Shown one piece after another: positions 10,659 through 22,019 of a DNA stretch of 64,000 bases. The notes under the pieces are model-generated. The model ran no database searches. It had not been told where the DNA came from and saw only the letters and a program-made list of their open reading frames with translations. The stretch comes from Perkinsela sp. CCAP 1560/9 (taxonomy: Eukaryota; Protista; Euglenozoa: Kinetoplastea). A program made the position numbers and the translations under genes. Numbering within the stretch: the first letter of the stretch is position 1; the number at the start of each line of letters is the position of its first letter. The stretch spans positions 682,001 to 746,000 of the forward strand of contig CBFFSA010000001.1 of NCBI GenBank assembly GCA_965644495.1, read 5' to 3'.

Positions 10659-11373
10659 GCGATCACTGAAGGTATTTTTCAAAGAGAAAAGGTGTTTAAA
10701 AATGCTGTCTTTGATTTAGAGTCTCCGTAAATTTTTGTGCATTAAAACTAAAGGGGGGTTCATCTGTTATTAACAACCGTCTATTAATAACAATAGGTTA
10801 TTGTTTACAATAACCTATCCAAAATCCGCATCTAAAATCCCATTGTAATGGGGGGCCCACCCCGCTCTCCCGTGGGACCCTGATCGAGCACATCGCGGCG
10901 GCCGCCAATATTCCCAAAATTTCTCAGCGGACGACGGGAGAGGGGGGGGCATCGGAGGTGGGAGGGTGTCTTCCATCACACGAAACAAGCAATCCACCAC
11001 GACAACCCAGGGCGCTCCAGTTGAGGAGCGAGGACAAGCCCCTTCCCCCGAAAACTTAGCAGAGCTCCTTGGGAGGGGGTCCTTACGTAAACTATATGGA
11101 GATATACACTCCAATACCCGGCTTGGAAGGAATACACTGCCAGTGTATGCCATGATTTTATAAACAAGTCAGTGGAGGGCAAGGTCGAGAAGGCCTGGAA
11201 CCTCCACCTCGCCGTTAAACGTTTCCTTTTTCTCCCCGAGGACAAGCTGTCGCAACGCCAGCTAGCGCGCGAACTCAGAATGCGTGCCCATCTAGAGGGT
11301 TCGGAGGCCTTGGCTCCATCCCCGAGTCAGGCCAGCGGTCCCCCGTGGTCTGTCAAAAACTGGAGCCAATATA

Positions 11374-12881
11374 CTCCCTTTCTCATTAATTTTTATAAAT
11401 GGATTTCGAGTTATAAAAATTTAGTTTATGCGGGATCATTAAGTTTTATAAATCAGAAATTAATTGAACGCTATTTCTTAATCTTTTTCTAAACCAAAGA
11501 ATTGTTTCTTTTATTCTACTTAAGATGTATTATTTTGTGAACGTGGATGGACGCCCCTCGAAGAAATTTCAGAAAAGCGCAAATGGTTGATTTCTATGCT
11601 GGAGGCAGATGGTGAGAAAATACAAACTTTATTTAGTAATTTATGGGAAGACTATCTCCGTTCAGCACGTGCTGTCATGTTTAGTGCAGGAGAAAGTATG
11701 ATGGAGGGAATACATGGCCAATGCTTTATAGAACACTCAAAGGAAACTTTGAGAAAGTAGGAAACTTTGAGAAAGTATGATGGAGGGGATACATGGCCAA
11801 TACTTTATAGAACACTCAAAGGAAACTTTGAGTTAAACTCCTTTATAGAACACTCAAGGGGTTCAGTACCAGACAGAAAACCACTACGTTTCAACCAATG
11901 CTCTTTTGGAATATATTGATCGTGTTGTTCAGCCTTACTACATTAAAGTCACTGAAGAGCTGAAAATTATCGGAAAACCCTTATTTCTTCTCTTAGATTG
12001 CTGCAGTGTACATGTTTCTCGCACGACCAACGAACAGATAATTTCTCAGTGTTGCTCAGGGGGGAAGTATTTTTGGTTGCGATTGGTTTATGTTCCAGCG
12101 GGGTGCACTTCGCTTTATCAACCTTGTGATGTTGGGTTTTTTAATCGACTGAAACCAAAGATCGCACGATGTCAATACTGCAGTATTGCAGACAGCAACG
12201 CCAAAAAGGAGAACGCATAGGCACTGCTAAGGCCTTGGGCGCTAAAATTGCGAAAGGGCAACTCTTAGAATGTGTCGAGAAGGCGTACAAGGATATGGAT
12301 GATCCGCTTTTCAAAAATGCAACAATATCTGCATGGGCCAAATGCGGAATCACGACCGAAACTCTTAAAGATTCAACTAATTCTTTCGAAGCCCAGACTC
12401 GTCGACGTGATTTATTCTCCTATGTGGCGGAAGATGCAGATGAGTCAGAGCATGAGGATGCTCTGACTATGCCTGAAGAACTTGACTCACAGCTTCAGAT
12501 AGGTATTGATATTCGTTTATAGTACATTACCTCTATGTGATTTCTTTTGCTTATTTGACTCTCAGCTTCAGATATTGATTCATGAAAAAATGCTCATGTA
12601 GGGGAAAAGACAATCTTTTTGGGGGGGATTTTCTTTCTGAGATGATGATACTGATTTTTGTAAAACGCGATTCGCTGAAAAAAATCTGCATGGGGAAGCA
12701 TGGCCGGGACCTACTCGCGGTCTTCCCTGGCACTACCATCTTACAGATCGTACTAGCGCCGACCTTTTGGAATAGCGGTCATTTATACGGGATCATTAAT
12801 TTTTATAATTATAATTATAATTATAATTATAACTCACTTTTTGTTATAATTTATAATTTATAAAAATTAAGAGAGGGAGAG
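11374..12881 (+). mobile_element. Decayed pogo-like DNA transposon, imperfect ~27-bp TIRs, TA-flanked
   Basis: TA|CTCCCTTTCTCATTAATTTTTATAAAT vs ATTTATAAAAATTAAGAGAGGGAGAG|TA; internal duplications 11689-11860; contains a DDE_1 remnant. Confidence 0.65.
11862..12522 (+). pseudogene. pogo/Tigger DDE_1 transposase remnant (C-terminal half, frameshifted)
   Basis: QTENHY..EYIDRVVQPY..LLLDCCSVH..YVPAGCTSLYQPCDVGFF..LK, continuing in another frame with ISAWAKCGI and an acidic tail. Confidence 0.8.
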
Positions 12882-13451
12882 TATTTTATTTGACAGGTAA
12901 TCATTTTCCCGAAAATTGAATTTGTGCTGTGTTAATATTGTCAAAGGATTGTTATGTGTAACTGAGTTTTCATGAAGTTCCTTCATGTTCAAAGGTTCAT
13001 GTGAGGGGCTGCGGATGACGTAAAGCGCTGTTTCGCGGTGTTTCGCGCTGTTTCACGCTGTTTCGCGGCGTTTCAACACTAGGTAAGTCAAAAAGGAAAT
13101 AAGTAGCTATTTTTTATTTGAAATAACCTATGAATGAAAGCAGAGTAGGCACTCGAGGGGGGCAAAGTTTGGGAGTATACCGCGGTGATCTCCATGCATA
13201 AAAAAGATTAAAATATTAATGTACTATACAGTTCAAAACTGATCTTCAGCACTCATTCGCAAATATTAAAAAAGTTGAACACATTTCAAATACTGTGACC
13301 CCCTTTAACGTAGAATAATGCGTCTTGTCTCTATGATAGGGGGGTTTGGGGGGAGTGTATATTAAAGGCGGGTTAAAGTACTGTACTTAGTGCTGATCTT
13401 CTCCACTTTACACTTTCGCACTTCGTATTCCTTTTTTCGCCCCATAGCGTT

Positions 13452-14110
13452 TTACTCGAGCTCGGGAAATCGAAAGACCCTGCCCGATAGGCCCTTTGCA
13501 GGGCTTTCCACTTGGTCACTTTCCACTTGGCTGCTTTCAGCGCTTGCTTCGAGGGAAGTGGAAGCTTTCATCCTTTTTTGGCGCCATGCTGCGCAAGCGC
13601 GAGACCGTTGTCCCGTGATCGAGCGCCACAAGCTCTCGACAAAGTCTCCCACCTTGCCTTTTCGTCGCGGAGCATATAATGGTTGCTCCTCAAGGTAGCT
13701 TTACATGTCTTGGGCAACTTCACCCAGAAAGTACAGTTCACGTGGACGCACATCGAGTAGGAGATGTCCTCGGTGCTGTAACAGGAAAAGAACTGTGCGA
13801 CGAAGAATAGAGGAGCCAACAGGAACATTACCAATGCTCCTCTTTCCCACAGAAAAACATTCCAGGGCCCTGTTTACCCGTTCCATGATGCTTGTCACCT
13901 TCTCACCAAGCTCTTCAGGAGAAATCTGGAGGATTAGCTTATCAAACACAGTTACGCGTTTCGTGAAAACCTTTTTCGTCGAGCTAACGACGAGCTCAAT
14001 GATGATATCATTGAGCTCGTCGTTTGATTGATATCATCTTCTGCCACCTCGTCGTCTTCAAATTCACGAAGGATCGTTTTCTTTAAAGATTTGTTGTCCT
14101 CTGCGTCCAT
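13452..14110 (-). pseudogene. Disrupted unknown ORF
   Basis: ORFs 13701..13949 and 13452..13652 are in one frame separated by a single TAA; the upstream part from ATG at 14110 is shifted at a perfect 18-bp hairpin (13986-14024). Confidence 0.35.
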
Positions 14111-14668
14111 ATCCTACAGAAGGAATATTGTACTAAAAAGAATGCTAAAAAATGTGAAAAATAAAAATATTCGTGTCGACATCTATTCGTATGGTGTAGT
14201 AAGCTGTAGTTATTTTATTCGTGCCGACATCTACTCGTATGGTGTAGTTATCTTATTAAACTTAAATACGATCATATTTCTATTCAGACAACTCCTTCTT
14301 CTTCTTACCTTTACCTGGCTTCTTTGGGTTATACGGCACATGATGAATGTGCTCCTTAAGAAACTGGGTGGGAGTGTCTGGGAGCGCCTGAGAGCCGCAC
14401 CTTATCCTTTTTGTACGCCACCAATGCCAAGCAGACCAATGTAGTACATCCTGGGCGGTCCATTGAGTATTCCAATCATTGAAATATAAGTTGAAACGTC
14501 ATGAGTATGAGTGGAAACGTTTTAAAGAGTCACGAAAAGGTTTTTTTGAACAGAAAAAAATGGATTTCAACCTACATTTATAGTGCCGGTTACCAGAAAG
14601 GAAGTTCATATAAAGAAGTCCGACTTGTACTCAATATCACCATAGTATGATACACTGACCATCGTCTA

Positions 14669-16627
14669 TTAATATTTTGACGTGATAGATGGGCGGTACG
14701 CTTCTCGTCGCGACTGCATCAAGGCAACGTCGCCTCCTTCGGTGCCATTGGCAATGTGTTTAAAGCTCCGATTGAATGGTCCGTGACGCGCGCAGCCAAA
14801 TTTCGCACTCCCTTTCTTGACTCCGGCAAGATGCCCACGTCGGGCCTCCCAGGCCCTATACGCCTCTCGGTCCTGTTTCTTTTCCGTCTGACGAGGAGGG
14901 ACACCTTTGTGAAACTCTACCGTCCTTGGGTGAAACGGAGGAGCAAATGTTCCGCTCGTTTTGAGATACGTCTTCTCTAAATGGGGCGCTACGGCTCTCC
15001 GAAGAATAATTCGAACAAACTTACGCGTCATCTTATTTCGTCGTTTTTTGATCCATTGCTTAACGGTGGGTTTGTAGTAACCCCACCAGTTGCTCACATT
15101 TGTAAGAGGCAAATTTCGAAAAAGGAGATTCTTTAGCGCGCCGACGATCGTTCTTTGCCGAGATGTAAATAGAGAAATAACCGCTGCAGGTCTTCCACAT
15201 TGACCAGTGCGTCCGGCGCGTTGTAAATACAGTGCGCTATGATTAGGCATCGTGTAGTTTATAACGACATTCACACCCCCGTCTAAGCCTCGAGACATAA
15301 TGTCAGACGTACAAAGAATATTTACATCCCCTTTTAGCCATTTTTCATACGTTTCGGCACGTTCTTTTAGTGGTAAACGTGCATGAAATTGTGCCACAGG
15401 ATAGCCTCGGCCTTGTAACCTATAAAAGATACCGATCGTAGTTTTGATGTCGCTGCTAAAAATCAGGATTCTCTTTTTATTCGTGTCCTGGACACTTGTT
15501 TTGGAGCCAGTACCCGTGCTACTTGTTCGAGACGTGCTCCCAATAGGGGCTAATGATTTCTGTTCGCTGGATTGGGGAACGCTTGAGAGCTGACTTATGG
15601 GTGCATTACGTTGCTGTGGTCTGTAACCACACCGACGTAATATATACGCCAGCCAATCCAGTTTGTAATTTTCGCGTCTCATTTCGATAAATCGGTGACG
15701 CGTGTTGGCTGCTGGGCGATGAAGGTCCGATGAGACAAGACGTGGCATTTTGGGAAACGATTTGTCGAGAAATCGAGTCAGGGATTCTGTGACGACTGAG
15801 CTTACCAACACGATCTGTGTGTTTACTTCCCAGAGCCATTGATAGATGTTTCTATCCCGAATTCGATTAAGAATCCGTTGTGCGGTGTAGTCATGGGCAT
15901 AAGATATAAGGGTATCTGCCTCGTCCACAACGACATGGCGAATGTCATCGAGAAACAGCCTACGATTCTCTATCCGGGTACTCAATATTGCAGGAGTGGT
16001 AATAAGTACATCCATAAGCCGATGTGAGGACTGACGTAGGCGATTCCAGTGATGGCCAGAGCGTTTCATTCCCATAAACGTTACGGATTTAAGCCCAGTT
16101 GCGTTGTCAAATTCTTTACACCACCGAGAAATCTGTCTGCATAATTCTTGTGTGGGAACCAAGATAATTGCTCTTGGACGACACTCTCGTGTGGGAACTT
16201 TGTATATGTCCCGATCCTTCTGCATGCAAAGGTACATAGGAAGAAGATAGGACATCGTCTTACCAGTTCCGGAGGCGGCCGCTACGAGTACGCTAGTTCT
16301 CTGAAGTAAAGTAGGAAGGGTAAGCTTTTGTATTTGAGATGGGGTGGTAATCCCGAATTCTTTCTCAAGCATTACACGAATTGCTTTAGGAACGTGATAC
16401 TGCTCAAACGTTTCGTAAATAGGGGCCGGATGTGTGATCTCTCGCTTCGCCTCATTTCGATTTTGTGTGCTTCTGAGTACTTCCCATGGTAGCATGTGTC
16501 CTCCGCGAGTGGCATCGTTCGATGAAAAAACATCCCCATAAACCTTTCTCGCGGCGCGGACGGCTATGGTTCGAGTCTTATGTAGCCATACACGGTTACT
16601 CGGGGATAATGTATTTGGAAAAACCAT
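14669..16627 (-). CDS. DEAD-box RNA helicase, probably mitochondrial DDX28-like
   Basis: Q motif PSQIQ, AASGTGKT, PTQEL, TTP, DEAD, SDIMSRGLD, QRAGRTG; very basic N- and C-terminal extensions. Confidence 0.9.
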   Translation of the reverse strand: MVFPNTLSPSNRVWLHKTRTIAVRAARKVYGDVFSSNDATRGGHMLPWEVLRSTQNRNEAKREITHPAPIYETFEQYHVPKAIRVMLEKEFGITTPSQIQKLTLPTLLQRTSVLVAAASGTGKTMSYLLPMYLCMQKDRDIYKVPTRECRPRAIILVPTQELCRQISRWCKEFDNATGLKSVTFMGMKRSGHHWNRLRQSSHRLMDVLITTPAILSTRIENRRLFLDDIRHVVVDEADTLISYAHDYTAQRILNRIRDRNIYQWLWEVNTQIVLVSSVVTESLTRFLDKSFPKMPRLVSSDLHRPAANTRHRFIEMRRENYKLDWLAYILRRCGYRPQQRNAPISQLSSVPQSSEQKSLAPIGSTSRTSSTGTGSKTSVQDTNKKRILIFSSDIKTTIGIFYRLQGRGYPVAQFHARLPLKERAETYEKWLKGDVNILCTSDIMSRGLDGGVNVVINYTMPNHSALYLQRAGRTGQCGRPAAVISLFTSRQRTIVGALKNLLFRNLPLTNVSNWWGYYKPTVKQWIKKRRNKMTRKFVRIILRRAVAPHLEKTYLKTSGTFAPPFHPRTVEFHKGVPPRQTEKKQDREAYRAWEARRGHLAGVKKGSAKFGCARHGPFNRSFKHIANGTEGGDVALMQSRREAYRPSITSKY

Positions 16628-17095
16628 TGCAAAAAGGAGAAAATAGTAGAGGTACGACGAAAGTAAGAGGGTTATTTTCTTTTTTGAGCGTAGATTCTTT
16701 TTTTACACTTCTTTTACTCTCAAAGGAAACTTCAATATGATGAGTGTCAGCTATAAAGCAATTTTAATCTGTATATCAACATTTCCTGCATCCTTGACGA
16801 AAGTGTAAGTATTGAAGTGTAAGTATTAAAGGAGACAAGCGTTCTCAAACATTCATGAAATTGGAGGATCTGTCTCGGGAAAACGGTCCGCTCCGCCTTT
16901 CTGCTTCCATCGCAAGCGGAACGTTCAAGACATAGCCGAAATGGTACGGTACAAAACTTACCTCAATCGAACAGAATAGTAATATGACTTGATAAGGGTA
17001 AATGCAGCTGTTTACAACTGTAAGCTTTAATCTTGGAATTAAGGGATGGCGTAACTTCGCTGCAATCAGTGACGTAATACCACCGACACGACTCT

Positions 17096-18121
17096 CTAAA
17101 ACGGACGCCCCAGAGAGGACGGGACATAGTTATGTGTGCGAAATCTGTGCTTTTGTACGCTATCCATCTCGTCATACGTCTTCTCCCGAATCTCTCCTTG
17201 CAAACGAAAACTACGATTCATGGCCCTGCGCTGGATACGGTCATCCACGCCTGAAACCGCCGACGCACTGTTCGGCTCATTGTCGTCCTCCACATGACTC
17301 TCCAGCGTAAGCGCCTGCACGTCCTCAACCGTGTGCTGTAGCAGTACACTATGGGGGTTGCTCAAATCCACCGCCTGGTCCAGTTCAAGTTGTTCTGTCA
17401 GGAACGGCAACTCAGGTATTCCTTGAAGCTTTCCCACATTCGGGTGAAATGGCACACATTGGACGGCTTGGCGATACACCCAGTTCCCCTCCCCTCGGGT
17501 AACGTATTCTGTGGGAAACGCCAGTGCGCAGAGGCTAGACTCGTTGCAGTCAAAACCCTCAAGAGTGGGAGAATCAAGCAATCGTTGGCCTGTGTCCGAA
17601 ATCTGCAGGTCAAGCTTGCCGACTCCATTCTGTCCGTCGCACTTTGCTACGTAGTGGTCATATTTTTCCTCTTTTTCGTTGAATTTGGCGTCGATTCCCA
17701 CGGCTGCGTCAAACAGCGGCAACCCATAGACGACTCGGGGAATTCGACAATGGTACCAACTCTTCAGGAAAGTACCAAACTGCCATGAGCTTCGACACCA
17801 AAACACCCTGTCCTGGACGAGACAACGGTAGTTGATGCAATTGTAGCTCGGGGGATCAATGAGTTTTTGAAGCCGCGTGCGGTGTAGCGGTTCACAAACG
17901 GACAGGACGACACTCACGAAACCGAGCTGCTCGCCCGTTTCTCGTGTGAAGACATCACAACAGTAACGCTGGTGAAAGAATTTTTCCAAATATTTTGGAG
18001 GCACTGCATAGGTCACAATGGCATGGTGTTTGGAGTGAAATCGGGATTGAATAAATTCCGTGCCTCGCTCCAGTGGGGGCAGTGCGGCGTAGTCCAGGGC
18101 GCATCGTATGACGGATTTCAT
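17096..18121 (-). CDS. DUF2071/YqjF-like (acetoacetate decarboxylase-like fold) protein
   Basis: Pattern HHAIVTYAVPPKYL..GFVSVV..INYRCLV..PRVVYGLP resembles DUF2071; first ATG at 18121. Confidence 0.6.
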   Translation of the reverse strand: MKSVIRCALDYAALPPLERGTEFIQSRFHSKHHAIVTYAVPPKYLEKFFHQRYCCDVFTRETGEQLGFVSVVLSVCEPLHRTRLQKLIDPPSYNCINYRCLVQDRVFWCRSSWQFGTFLKSWYHCRIPRVVYGLPLFDAAVGIDAKFNEKEEKYDHYVAKCDGQNGVGKLDLQISDTGQRLLDSPTLEGFDCNESSLCALAFPTEYVTRGEGNWVYRQAVQCVPFHPNVGKLQGIPELPFLTEQLELDQAVDLSNPHSVLLQHTVEDVQALTLESHVEDDNEPNSASAVSGVDDRIQRRAMNRSFRLQGEIREKTYDEMDSVQKHRFRTHNYVPSSLGRPF

Positions 18122-18415
18122 TAAATGACAAGGAGCGCTGTCATCAAATATCAAGAAAAATCTTTCTACAATTTTTTTAGGACTTCGAATAAATGTATTT
18201 CTCCGAAAAACAAATTAGGCGATTGGTTTACAGGCTAGAAGTGAAAAAGAAACTCTTGATTTGAAATGACGGCTGATGAATGACAACATTTTATTTCACA
18301 TGAGGAAAAAAGAGAAGTGAAACTGGCTTCGTCCTGCCGTTCCTGAAGCTCGTATTTGTATAAACAAAAACGGTATTTGAAATACCGCAGAATATGACGA
18401 ATAGTCTTCTGTGCG

Positions 18416-19234
18416 TCAGGAGTTCTCTAAATATGAGTAAAGTGAAAGGAAAGAACGCGTTGTCAGGTGTGTCATAATCGTCTTTTTTATCCCATCCGGG
18501 AGCCACCAAGGGGGTTCGACATCCGCGCACGAAGTCATCGTAAGTTCTGTTCCAAGAATGTCATCTCGCTTACTACCGCATATTCGATATTCTTGGTAAA
18601 ATATTTGAGCCATAATGTCGTGCGACTCGTGGATATTCCATTCCAAATCCGGAGTACGATTCTTAAATTGAACACAATAGCCAGAAAGGCCATTTGATGC
18701 ATGCTCAGCGCAAGTGGGTTTCGTTTTGGGATTACTCTCTGCCTCCGAAAGAATTTTCTTCGCATCGGGGAATTCATTCGACAAACATGAAATAAACCGT
18801 TCGTAGCAGAATATTCGAGAATGAAATCCAATGGATCCGACATGAGGTAACCCCACACGATGGCAAAAAATGGGAGTTCGATCGCGTGGTGATATAAAAG
18901 ACTTTGTGTCGTACATGCCCATTGACTGCTCTAACGTTTCAGAATCGGAATTTGTCCATTTCACGTCGTCACAGCCCACTCGGCGAAACATGCGATAATT
19001 AATGTCCCAGGCCAATCGAGAAGATATATCGCACATAGCTTTCAGAACATGTTCCGGAGAAGTGTCGGGGAAGAAACACACGCAGCGAACGAATGGATAG
19101 GACAAGCGTTCTCCGGGTGGTGTCCACTTCTCTTTACTTCGGTAAACGCGTAAGTAACTATCACGTATGTGATTGGGAAGCGATACATTGCGCAACACTT
19201 CCCAATAATGGTCAGCAAAGTTCGGTTGAATCAT
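18416..19234 (-). CDS. START-domain lipid-binding protein
   Basis: SPEHVLKAMCDISSRLAWDINY, SRIFCYER, C-terminal PWWLPDGIKKTIM helix; first ATG at 19234. Confidence 0.7.
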   Translation of the reverse strand: MIQPNFADHYWEVLRNVSLPNHIRDSYLRVYRSKEKWTPPGERLSYPFVRCVCFFPDTSPEHVLKAMCDISSRLAWDINYRMFRRVGCDDVKWTNSDSETLEQSMGMYDTKSFISPRDRTPIFCHRVGLPHVGSIGFHSRIFCYERFISCLSNEFPDAKKILSEAESNPKTKPTCAEHASNGLSGYCVQFKNRTPDLEWNIHESHDIMAQIFYQEYRICGSKRDDILGTELTMTSCADVEPPWWLPDGIKKTIMTHLTTRSFLSLYSYLENS

Positions 19235-19741
19235 AAATTGTGCCAAACGATCTTCAGAAATTTCAGAGGCAGGATTTTATGTCTTGGGCGGACTGATTTA
19301 TCGATCGCAGTGTATGATACTTCTAAAAGGAATTACATGACACGGATACACGCTTGACCCTAGGTCGAGATAGCACTTCATAAACGAACAATGTTTGATT
19401 CAGTGGTCTAAAACGTCTCCCGAACATTGCTATCACACAATAAGAATGTCTCCGAAAACTAAGTTGATTAGAGAAGATGATATTACAGGCAAAGTATAGT
19501 ATACAAGTTCAATTTTTAGCTGATTTTTCGTAGTTTTAGCACAATATCGCCCACGAAACCTATACGAACATTTTATGTTCGCTCTCATGTCTCTAATAAT
19601 ATTTAATTGGCACTCTTTTTTGAAACCCCCAGGACTTCGGTAATGCGAATTAACCAGATTTTGACACATCCACAATTATTGGCATATTGTCAATATGTTT
19701 ATCATATATCGATGCCCTCATCGGAAAAAATAACTAGTTTT

Positions 19742-20881
19742 CTACTCCACTTTTGCTTTGTAAAGCGGCAAAGTCACGAATAGTGTTGGATCATTTTCGC
19801 GAGGAACCCTTATAGGCGATAAGCGTAGTGCACCATCTGTAGACTCCTTTCTAAGAAACTCGGATGTGTCTAAGGAAGAATCCCTCCACCGCTCCAACAC
19901 TGGAATGAGCATTCGCAGTGTTTGATCGTAATTCACATGAACATTGCTAACAGCTTCGAAATTGGGTATATTTCTATCAATGCTTGCCCCATTTTTCGGC
20001 TTTCGAAGAGTTGAAAGCCAACCTTGCGCTGTTAGGCTTAGGCGGGAGTTTGGAACGTGATTATCCATCACAATAGGATACCGGTAATCTGGGACCAAAA
20101 TGCAATGAGTGTGAGGCTCCACTACGGGGGCATTCTCAATCATCATTGTATCTTCTAGCAAGCGCCCAAGCTGGGCTAAGTCTTTGCGATACCACCTTTT
20201 AGGGCTGATTTGAAACCATGCAGAATCGCGAGCAATAATGTGATCGAACACAGCTTCAGGCAGTTTCGTTGCGCGAAGAATATTTCTTACGCACTCATTT
20301 GCATAACCGGGCGTTCCAGCTGTCCAAAGAACAACTTCAAAATTCTCTGACACATACTGGAGAAATTGAGCAAGGTAAGGGCGATGAATATGAATGTACG
20401 ACCTGTCTCTAAATTTGTGAAAACTGATGTCGTCGGGGGACACGTTCGCATCGGAAGCATTTCCCACAAGCATTTCATCCATGTCTAAGACTAAGGTACG
20501 CCGAAATTGTGTATCTTTCTTTTTCGGAGGTATTAAAATTCTTTTCCCTGAGTCTGTGTATTGGGGGAAATATTTAGTGTAAGCATGCTCCCAGGCAGCA
20601 CCCCCGTACGACCTTTGTTGCCACAAGCTTAGTGAGATGGTTGTAATTCCTATTCCGGTCACGACCCTGTGCAGACTTAAGGATCCGCGTGAAATGGATC
20701 GCATGGAGTTGTTTGTAATGTTTAGAAGGTTTTCAGCTTTTGACCAACCTTGGTGAAAATATGTAGACATGAAGTCTGTATTTCTACGTCGCCAAAGATG
20801 GGTGATATCAAGTTTTAGATCTCGTGCCTTAGAACTAAGAAGCTCAAGAATGCGCAAACGGGATGCTCTTGAGCTTGTCAT
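19742..20881 (-). CDS. NIF/FCP1-family (HAD) phosphatase, possibly TIM50-like
   Basis: TLVLDMDEML, HRPYLAQFL..FEVVLWTAG, YRKDLAQLGR..MMIEN. Confidence 0.85.
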   Translation of the reverse strand: MTSSRASRLRILELLSSKARDLKLDITHLWRRRNTDFMSTYFHQGWSKAENLLNITNNSMRSISRGSLSLHRVVTGIGITTISLSLWQQRSYGGAAWEHAYTKYFPQYTDSGKRILIPPKKKDTQFRRTLVLDMDEMLVGNASDANVSPDDISFHKFRDRSYIHIHRPYLAQFLQYVSENFEVVLWTAGTPGYANECVRNILRATKLPEAVFDHIIARDSAWFQISPKRWYRKDLAQLGRLLEDTMMIENAPVVEPHTHCILVPDYRYPIVMDNHVPNSRLSLTAQGWLSTLRKPKNGASIDRNIPNFEAVSNVHVNYDQTLRMLIPVLERWRDSSLDTSEFLRKESTDGALRLSPIRVPRENDPTLFVTLPLYKAKVE

Positions 20882-21058
20882 TCTACGAAATATTTAAGCA
20901 GAGACAAAAGCTTAAAAAACAACATATACCTCGAAAAAGAATTACGTGAAACTGAGCAGTACGTTATATCGTAAGAGTATACAGTAGTTCTTTTTCGTAC
21001 CTTCATTGAATACACGATAGCGCACATTTGTGAAAGAAATTTCAAGAAGTTGTCATTT

Positions 21059-21709
21059 TTACTTCCTGAAGTAGTCGCTCGCGTACCGACAGCAGACAAT
21101 AGCCACCATACTTAACAACACGAATTCTTCTCGCGAGAATCTTCTCCGATGGTGAACAGCACGTTTAATGCATGCTGGTTCCGCCGACTCTTGCAGGGAG
21201 AGACTAATGGAATGTGTCTCAGGAGAATGGGCCGCGTATTTGATTCCTCCAAGTTCTAGTAACCTGCGAGAGGCCACCCAGGAGGGCTCGTTGTGGTTCT
21301 TATCACTCAAGTATATCACCTCACAAATTCCACTTTGTATAATCAGCTTAGCACACTCGTTGCAGGGAAACAGAGTACAGTAAATAACACAGCCGCGCAA
21401 CTCCATGTTGGAGTTCATAATCGCGTTCAGCTCTGCATGACATACATAAGGATATTTCGTCTCAAGCATGGAATGTGTGACGGTCATCGGGGCGGATTCC
21501 TTGCGAGTTGGATCCTCCCGTCCCTTCCAGGGCAACACATCATCCGAGCAACCCGTGGGAAATCCGTTGTACCCGATCCCAACGATACGTTGAGAGGCGT
21601 TGACGATACATGCCCCAACTTGACGGTTGGGATCTTTGGAGCGTTGCGCAGACAACAGTGCCACACTCATAAAGTAGTCATCAAAGGAGAGAAACTCTTT
21701 CCTTTTCAT
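21059..21709 (-). CDS. DCTD: dCMP deaminase
   Basis: SKDPNRQVGACIV, GYNGFP, YVCHAELNAI, PCNECAKLIIQSGI; first ATG at 21709. Confidence 0.92.
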   Translation of the reverse strand: MKRKEFLSFDDYFMSVALLSAQRSKDPNRQVGACIVNASQRIVGIGYNGFPTGCSDDVLPWKGREDPTRKESAPMTVTHSMLETKYPYVCHAELNAIMNSNMELRGCVIYCTLFPCNECAKLIIQSGICEVIYLSDKNHNEPSWVASRRLLELGGIKYAAHSPETHSISLSLQESAEPACIKRAVHHRRRFSREEFVLLSMVAIVCCRYASDYFRK

Positions 21710-22019
21710 GGAAATTTTATAAAATCGCGTGTTAGATAAACTAAAATTCAAGAACAATGATTGAAAGTTACTTCATTGCACCACAATCTTTCGTTAATTC
21801 CAATTTTGTATGGATTTACTGAATGGATGACACAAATACATGTAGCCGATGACATACATGTAACGGTGGCTATACACACTTTCTAACCCGTCATGTACTG
21901 AGGTTCATGAGGTCGCAATATCACCCTCCATGTAGGTTTCGTCGTTGTATACACAGATATTAGCAGAAACGCCTTAATATACAGATACTAAAATAAAAAC
22001 TCACTTGTTTTTTCAGTTT

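Noticed and set aside
21825-21903. Box C/D snoRNA-like GGATGA...CTGA
   Set aside because: Imperfect box C, antisense to the transcription unit, no terminal stem or recognisable rRNA guide
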